DNA from: the human T2T-CHM13v2.0 reference genome, Homo sapiens
Direction: 5' to 3' (one strand)
NCBI RefSeq assembly: GCF_009914755.1
Contig: NC_060945.1
DNA: 64,000 nt
Position 1 is the first letter of the stretch; each line of letters opens with the position of its first letter. Positions 56,481 through 64,000 of the stretch are shown piece by piece. The notes under the pieces are model-generated. The model worked only from the letters and a program-made list of their open reading frames with translations. It was not told where the DNA came from and did no database searches. Both the position numbers and the translations under genes were made by a program.

Positions 56481-56999
56481 ATGAGCAAAGGAGAGCATAG
56501 CAAAGTGCAGGCAGAGGACACATTTCTAGCTGTGCTCCATGTACTTTCACCATTTCTTTTTTTTCTTTTCTTTTTTTTTTTTTTTTTTTTTTGCTTAGCA
56601 GTACCATGTTGCCCAAAGCCAACTTTATCCGTCTCACCTAAATTAATTTCTGGAAAAAGCTTGACACTCAGGTGTGGATTTTCTGATTTTCAGTTTTGAG
56701 GGGATTTTCCTTTGTCTAATTTTATTTCTAATACAGTACACTAATAGGAAGGTAAAGTGAAATTAAAAAGTAGTTTTATCTCTTCTCTTTTAGGTAACTA
56801 CATCTCCTGGCAAAGCTAGGAAAAGAGCAAAAATAAATAAAAGCGTAGCTCTCATCAATAAAAAAAAGCTACATTATTTTCTTCAATGCCTGAGAAAAAG
56901 ATTTTCTAGCATTTCATAACATAAATAAGAATAGAAGAAAAGCTATTAACGTTCTTTTAGTTGTCTCTCTGTGTGTGTACGGTGTGTCTATTTTTGTAC

Positions 57000-57347
57000 T
57001 GAGAAATAAAAATAAAATCCAAAGCAACCCCCACTGAATGAATGGACCTCCTCTAAGTCAAGAAGACCTCAGAGAAACCTAAAGGAAAAAAAAAAAAATG
57101 AGTTCCTGGCCGTGATGAGTAGGAAATTTCAGACAGGCATGTGTGTACCTCTCCTTTGTGAATATTCAGAGCCCTTTCTATAAACTGTTGAATATGTATA
57201 TGTAGCCAACCCATTTGGTATATCTTCCTGTCTCATGCTTCCCACCCTTGGATCACTTTATTTTCCTGCCTGCAGGATGTGAGGCTCCCCTTTAGAAATA
57301 AAACTCTCCTTTTCAAATTGGTGAACCTCATGATTCTTCACGTGGCA
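57000..57347 (+). mobile_element. ERV1 MER4-group solo LTR (LTR54/56/MER4D-like)
   Basis: TG...CA termini; exact 4-bp TSD gtac (56996-56999, 57348-57351); tataaa (~57178) and aataaa (~57297). Confidence 0.82.
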
Positions 57348-57434
57348 GTACTAAAGCAAACTACCCTTTTAAAGATATTTATTTTAGAAGCATTTTTTAA
57401 AAATACAAATAATGCCACTAAAAATAACCTCAGT

Positions 57435-57482
57435 TGTGTGTGTGTGTGTATGTGTGTGTTTGTTTGTTTGTTTGTTTGTTTT
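57435..57482. repeat. (GT)n-(GTTT)n compound microsatellite
   Basis: Direct inspection. Confidence 0.9.
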
Positions 57483-57981
57483 GAGATCTGAAGCCTATAT
57501 TTGAACAATCTTACTCTATGGTATTTTTAGGATAGTAGCATTTTATCCAGAAGATGTTACTAGAAATATTTTGTTAGCAAATTTCTGTTAATTTTTTTTT
57601 GTTTTTCAGCCTATAAAATAACAATCTTGTGGTTCATTTCACATATTAATCTTAGAAGATCTTAAATATAAATGAAATGTGGACACTAGAATTTAAAAAA
57701 TGTAAATAAATACTACTATTCATTACACACAGAAACGTCTGACATTAACGTGTGATGCCATCATAGAAAATCATGACGACTCCAGTATTTCCTGATCCAG
57801 GTCTGAAAACAGAGTTTGTCCCACTAGCACTATTATGCCACTGTTTTTACATTTTGCCAGGCCTTATCATACTCATTCTAGAATGCCTGAGCAGCAAATT
57901 TCCTAAATTCACTCTGGTATGGGCAATGTTTCTTTTTTGAATATGTTGAGTAAATAGAAAATAAATTGAAATCCTGTAGAA

Positions 57982-58207
57982 CTGTGCTCCCCAAACTTTT
58001 TGGCACCAGAGACTGGTTTCATGGAAGATAATTTTGCCATGGACAGGAGTTAGGTGGGGCATGGTTTTGGGATGAAACTGTTCCACCTCAGATCATCAGG
58101 CATTAGTTAGATTCCCATAAGGCATGCCCAACCTAGATCCCTCCCATGTGCAGTTCACAATACAGTTCACACTCCTGTGAGAATCTAATGCTGCTGTTGA
58201 TCTGACA
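57982..58207 (+). mobile_element. MER1B (hAT-Charlie), right end missing
   Basis: tttttggcaccagagactggtttcatggaagataatttt...gaaactgttccacctcagatcatcaggcattag...gatctgaca. Confidence 0.9.
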
Positions 58208-58221
58208 TATACATAGTGTAT

Positions 58222-58222
<1 letters not shown>

Positions 58223-58265
<43 letters not shown>

Positions 58266-58425
58266 CATATATGGTATGCATGTGTGTATATATATATATG
58301 CCACATTTCTTTACAAATTTATACTGTATTCAATGGTATGTTTATACATATATATATACACACACTATATATATATATACACACACACATACATAGATAT
58401 ATACACATATATATATATAGATATA
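58223..58425. repeat. (GT)19 plus compound (TA/CA)n tract within the L1 3' region
   Basis: Direct inspection. Confidence 0.93.
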
Positions 58426-58429
58426 TGCC

Positions 58430-61400
58430 ACATTTTCTTTATCCACTCATTGGTTGATGGACATTTAGGCTGGCTTCATATTTTCGCAATTGCAAATTGT
58501 GCTGCTCCAAACATGCATGTGCAAGTGTTTTTCATATAATAACTTCTTTTCCTCTGAGTAGATATCAAGTAATGGGATTGCTAGATCAAATGGTACTTCT
58601 ACTTTCCATTCTTTAAGGAATCTCCATACTGCTATCGCTAGTGGCTGTACTAGTTTACATTCCTACTAGCAGTGTAAAAATGATCCCTTTTTGCCACATC
58701 CACTCCAACTTCTATTTTTATTTTTTATTTTTTAATTATGGCCACTCTTGCAGGAGTAAGGTAGTATTGCATTGTGGTTTTGATTTGCATTTTCCTGATA
58801 ATTAGTGGTGTTGAGCATTTTTTCATATGTTTGTTGGCCATTTATATATCTTCTTTTGAAAACTGTCTATTCATGTCCTCTGCCCACTTATTGATGGGAT
58901 TATTATTTTTTCTTGCTGATTTGTTTGACTTCATTTAGATTCTGGATATTAGTCCTTTGTTGGATGCATAGTTTGCAAATATTTTCTCCCATTCTGAGGG
59001 TTGTCTGTGTACTCTGCTGATTATTTATTTTGCTGTGTAGAAGCTTTTTAGTTTAGTTAATTTCCCATTTATTTATCTCTGTTTTTGTTGCATTTGTTTG
59101 TGGGTTCTTGGTCATGAACTCTTTCCCTAAGCCAATGTCTAGAAGAGTTTTTCCCATGTTATCTTCTAGAATTTTTATGGTTTCCGGTCTTAGATTTAAG
59201 TCTTTGATCCATCTTGAGTTGATTTTTGTATAATGTTCCATTCTTCTACAGGTGGCTTGCCAATTATCCCAGCACCGTTTGTTGAACAGGGTTGCCTTTC
59301 CCCAGTTGAAGTTTCTCGTTTGCTTTGCTGAAGATCAATTGGCTCTAAGTATTTGGCCTTATTTGAACGTTCTTTATTCTGTTCCATTGGTCTACATGTC
59401 TGTTTTTATAACAGTACCATGCCGCTTGGTAACTGCAGCCTTGTAGTATAGTTTGAAATCAGGTAATGTGATGCCTCCAGATTTGTTCTTTTTACTTAGT
59501 CTTGCTTTGGCTATGCAGGCTCTTTTTTTGTTTGTTTGTTTCATATGAATCTTAGGATTGTTTTTGCTAGTTTCCTGAAGAGTGATGACGGCATTTTGAT
59601 GGGAATTGCATTGAATGTGTAGATTGCTTTTGGCAGTATCGTCATTTTCACAGTATTGATTCCACTCATCTATGAGCATGAGATATGTTTCCCTTTGTTT
59701 GTGTCGTCTATAATTTCTTTCAGCTGTGTTTTATAGGTTTCCTTGTAGAGAGCTTTCACTTCTTTGGTTATATACATTCATAAGTAGTTTTCTTTTTTCC
59801 AAAAATACTTAAAATCCCTTTTGTAAAAGGGATTGAGTTCTTGATTTGATTCATGGATTTGTCCCTGTTGGTGTATAGCAGTGCTACTGATTTGTGTATA
59901 TTGATGTTGTATCCTGAAACTTCACCGAGTTTATTTATCAGATCGAGGGGCTTTCTGGATGAGTCTTCAGGGTTTTCCAGGTATATGTTCATATCATGAG
60001 TGAACAGCAACAGTTTGACTTCCACTTTACTGATTTGGATGCCCTTCATTTCTTTCTCTTGTCTGATTGCACTGGCTAGGACTTTTAGTACTACATTGAA
60101 TAGAAGTGGTGAAAATGGGCATCCTTGTCTTTCTTGTTCCAGTTCTCATGGGGGAAGGCTTTCAACTTTTTCCCATTCAGTATAATGTAATAGATGGCTT
60201 TTATTACCTTAAGGTATGTCCCTTCTATGACAGTTTTACTGAGGTTTTTAATCATAAAGTGAGGCTGGATTTTGTCAAATGCTTTTTCTGCCTTTGAGAT
60301 GATAATGTGATTTTTGTTTTTAATTCTGTGTATGTGGTGCATCACATTTATTGACTTGTGTATGTGAAACCAACCCTGCATCCCTAGTATAAAACCCACC
60401 TGGTCATGGTGTTGGATTCAGTTAGCTAGTATTTGGTTGATGATTTTTGCATCTATGTTCATCAGGGATATTGGCTATAGTTTTCTTTTTTTGTTATGTC
60501 CTTTCCTGGTTTTGGTATTAGGTTAATACTGGATTCATAAAAAGGTTTAAGGAGAATTCCATATTTCTCTATCTTTTGGAGTAATTTCAGTAGGATTGTT
60601 ACCAATTCTTCTTTGAATATTTGATGGAATTTAGTTGTGAATCCATCTGGTCCTGGACTATTTTTTGTGGGCAATTTATTTATTACTATTTCAATCTCAC
60701 AACTTGTTATTGGTCTGTTCAGAGTTTCTATTTCTTCCTGGTTTAATCTGAGAAGATTGTATATTTCCAGGAGTTTATTCATCTCCTCTTGGTTTTCTAG
60801 TTTGTGTGCATGAAGGTGTTCACAGGAGCCTTGAATAATCATTTGTATTTCTATGGTGTCAGTTGTAATATTTCTCATTTCATTTTCATTTAGCTTATTT
60901 GGATCTTCTCTCTTCTTATCTTGGTTAATCTCGCTAATGGTCTCTGGATTGTGTTTATCTTTTCAAAGAACCAACTTTTTGTTTCAATTATCTTTTTTGT
61001 TGTTGTTGTTGTTTCAATTTCATTTAGCTCTGCTCTGCTCTTCATTATTTATTTTGTTCTGCTGGGTTTGGATTGTTCTTGTTTCTTCAGTTCCATAAGG
61101 TATGACCTTAGATTGTCTATTTGTGCTCTTTCAGACCTTTTGATATAGGCATTTAATGCTATGGACTTTCCTCTTAGCACCACTTTTGCTGTATTCCAGA
61201 GGTTTTGATAGTTTGTATCACTATTCTCATTTAGTTCCAAGAATTTTTTTATTTCCTTCTTGATTTCATTGTTGACCCAACCATCATTCAGGAGTAGATT
61301 ATTTAATTTCCATGTATTTGCATGGTTTTGAGGGTTCCTTTTGGAGTGGATTTCCAATTTTGTTTCACTGTGCTTTGAGAGAGTACTTGATATAATTTCA

Positions 61401-61950
61401 ATTTTCTTAAATTTATTGAGACTTGTTTTGTGGCCTGTTAAGCAGTCTATCTTGGAAAATGTTCCATATGCTGATGAAAAGAATGTATACTCTGCAGTTG
61501 TTGGGTAGAATGTTCTGTAAACATCCATTAAGTCCATTTGTTCTAGGGTATAGTTTAAGTCCATTGTTTCTTTGTTAACTTTCTGTCTTGATGACCTGTC
61601 TATTGTTGTCAGTGGGGTACTGACATCCCTGCAACTATTATTGTGTTGCCATCTATCTCATTCCTTATGTTCAGAATAATTGTTTTAGAAATTTGGGAGC
61701 CCTGGTATTTGGTGCATATATATTTATGATTGTGATATTTTTCTGTTGGAATAATCCTTTTATCATTATGTAATGTCCCTCTTTGTTTTTTACGGTTGTT
61801 GCTTTAAAGTCTATGTTGTCTGATGTAAGAGTAGCTATTCCTGCTTGTTTTTGGTATCCATTTGCATCGAATATCTTTTCCACCTGTGTATCTTAAGTTT
61901 ATGTGACTCCATATGTGTTAGGTGAGTCTCTTGAAGACAGCAGATACTTG
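58430..61950 (-). pseudogene. L1 ORF2 (endonuclease/reverse transcriptase) remnant
   Basis: NIYAPNTRAPKF; [15 protein letters not shown]; SPGPDGFT; GMQGWF; [14 protein letters not shown]; multiple stops and frameshifts. Confidence 0.92.
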
Positions 61951-62154
61951 GTTGGTGGATTTTTTTTTTTTTTATCCATTCTACCATTATGTATATTTTA
62001 AGTGGATCATTTAGGCCATTACATTCAATGTTAATATTGAGATTTGAAGTACTGTTCTATTCATCATGCTGGTTGTTGCTGCTTGAATACTTTTTTTCAT
62101 TGCGTTATTGTTTTATAGGCCCTGTGAGATTTATGTTTTAAGGTGGTCCTATTG

Positions 62155-63134
62155 TCATGTATTTTGAGGTTTTATTTCAAGACATAGAACTCTTTTTATC
62201 ATTTCTTGCAGTGCTGGCTTTGCAGTCGTAAATTGTCTCAACATTTGTTTGTTTGAAAAAGATTTTATCTCTCCTTCATTTATAAGGCTTAGTTTCAATA
62301 AATACAAAGTTCTTGGCTGATAGTTATTTTGTTTAAGGAGGCTAAAAATAATACCCCAATCTTTTTTGGCTTGTAGGGCATCTTTTGAAAAATCTGCTGT
62401 TAACCTGATAGGTTTTCCTTTATAGACTACCTGATACTTTTGCCTCATAGCTCTTAAGATTCTTTCCTTCATCTTGACTTTAGATAACCTGATAACTATG
62501 TGCAAAGGTGATGATCTTTTTGTGATTAATTTCCTAGGTGTTCTTTGAGCCTCTTTTATTTGGATGTCTGGATATCTAGTGAGGCCAGGAAAGTTTTCCT
62601 TAATTATTTCCTCGAATAAATTTTCCACACATTTAGATTTCTCTTCTTCCTCAGGACATCAGTTATTCTTATGTTTGGTCATTTAACATAATCCCAATTT
62701 TCTTGGAGTCTTTATTTATTAAAAAATTTTTTTGTCTTTGTCAGATTGGGTTAATTTGAAAGTCCTTGTCTTTGAGCTCTGAAGTTCTTTCTTCTGCTTG
62801 CCCAATTCTATTGTTGAAACTTTCCAGTGTATTTTGCATTTCTCTAAGTGTGTCTCTCATTTATATAAGTTGTAACTTTTTATGATATCTATTTCTCTGG
62901 AGCCTTTTTCATCCATATTCTGTTTTTTTTTTTAAATTCTTTAAGTTGGTTTTCTCCTTTCTCTGGTACCTCTTGGAGTAGCTTAATAATCAAGCTTCTG
63001 AATTGCTTATCTGGCAATTCAGAGATTTCTTGTTTGTTTGGACCCATTGCTGGAGAGCTAGTGTGATCTTCTGGGGTTGTTATAGACCCTTGTTTTGTCA
63101 TATTACGAGAATTGTTTTTCTGGTTCCTTCTCAT
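62155..63134 (-). pseudogene. L1 ORF1 remnant
   Basis: MRRNQKNNSRNMTKQGS; ENLFEEIIKENFPGL; YKGKPIRLTADFS. Confidence 0.92.
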
Positions 63135-64000
63135 TTAGGTAGACTCTTTCAGTGGAAAGATCTGAAATTCAAGGGCTGCTGTTCAGATTTTTTTTGTCCC
63201 ACTGGTGATCCCTTGAGGTGGTACTCTCCCCTTTCCTCTAGTGATGGGGCTTACTGACAGCTGGACTGCAGTGATTGTTATTGCCCCTCTGGGTCTAGCC
63301 ACCCAGTTGGGTTATCAGGCTCTGGGCTAGTGCTGAGTAATGGCTGCAAAGAATCCTGTGATGTAATCCATCTTCAGGTCTTCCAGCCATGGATATTAGC
63401 AACTGCTCCAGTGAAGGTGGGAGGGGAGTGAAGTGGATTCTGTGGGAGTCCTTGGTTGTTGTTTTGTTTAGTGTGGAGTTTTACTTGAATTCTGGTTATT
63501 TTAGCAGTGAGGTTGTCATGTGGACAGACTTAGGATCTCTGGTTAGTCAAGGTGTTGCAGGTGGTAGAATTAACTGTTGTTTTCTCCTTCTTTGGAGCAG
63601 GATTGTTCCATTTTGAGTCATCATAATGGCTTGAGTTGGTTGGCCTGCAACCAGGAGGTAGCACTTTCAAGAGAGCACCAGCTGTAGTAGTCAAAGGGGA
63701 ATATAAGCTTGTCCTAGGTTGGCTAGAATCAGTATTCGGGTTTTTCAAGTGATGGGCAGGGCCATAGAGCTCCCAAGAGTTTATGTCTTTTGTCATCGGC
63801 TACCAGGTCAGGTAGAGAAAAACCATCAGGTGCAGGCCATTAGGTGGTTCTGAGCTCAGACTCTCCTTGGGCCAGGATTGCTGTAGCCATTCTGGGTGTG
63901 GAGAGTGGTACTCAGATCAATGGAGTTATGTTCCCAGGGGGATTATGGCTGCTTCTGCTGCATCATACAAGTCACCAGGGAAGTGGGGGGAAACTGGCAG

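Larger units (their letters stand above)
58208..64000 (-). mobile_element. Long LINE-1 (L1PB-like): 5' UTR, ORF1 and ORF2; 3' UTR missing; continues beyond the window
   Basis: Collinear ORF1 and ORF2 peptide fragments; long inter-ORF spacer; several small internal deletions. Confidence 0.94.

Noticed and set aside
57460-57490. (GTTT)n-ttgagat as an extremely truncated Alu
   Set aside because: Only about 6 nt of Alu-like body and no TSD; cannot be told from chance.

Overview
This window is primate genomic DNA, most likely human or great ape, judged from AluY, an L1PA2-like LINE-1 and HSMAR1. It is very AT-rich and dominated by interspersed repeats, as expected for a gene desert or deep intron. 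I find no host protein-coding exon, rRNA, tRNA or CRISPR array. Every ORF with a recognisable protein is a decayed transposon gene: L1 ORF1/ORF2, HSMAR1 mariner transposase, HERV-L gag/pro/pol. Main contents: (1) an ancient near-full-length L1M (~700-9015) with 8 younger nested insertions; (2) a young 5'-truncated L1PA2-like element abutting an HSMAR1 that lacks its left end; (3) a 5' MLT2A1/HERV-L proviral remnant with PBS and a 263-codon gag segment, cut off at a MER50-like LTR; (4) a long L1PB running off the right edge; (5) many Alu, MaLR/ERV solo LTRs, MITEs, L2/MIR relics and microsatellites. I found no support for a new biological system. The most interesting signals are small-scale: templated-insertion/fold-back scars, TE-TE deletion junctions, a MER53 hairpin resembling miR-1302, a candidate CTCF motif and a DUX4-type LTR. 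Subfamily names come from my recollection of consensus sequences and need RepeatMasker/Dfam confirmation. Boundaries of old elements are approximate.
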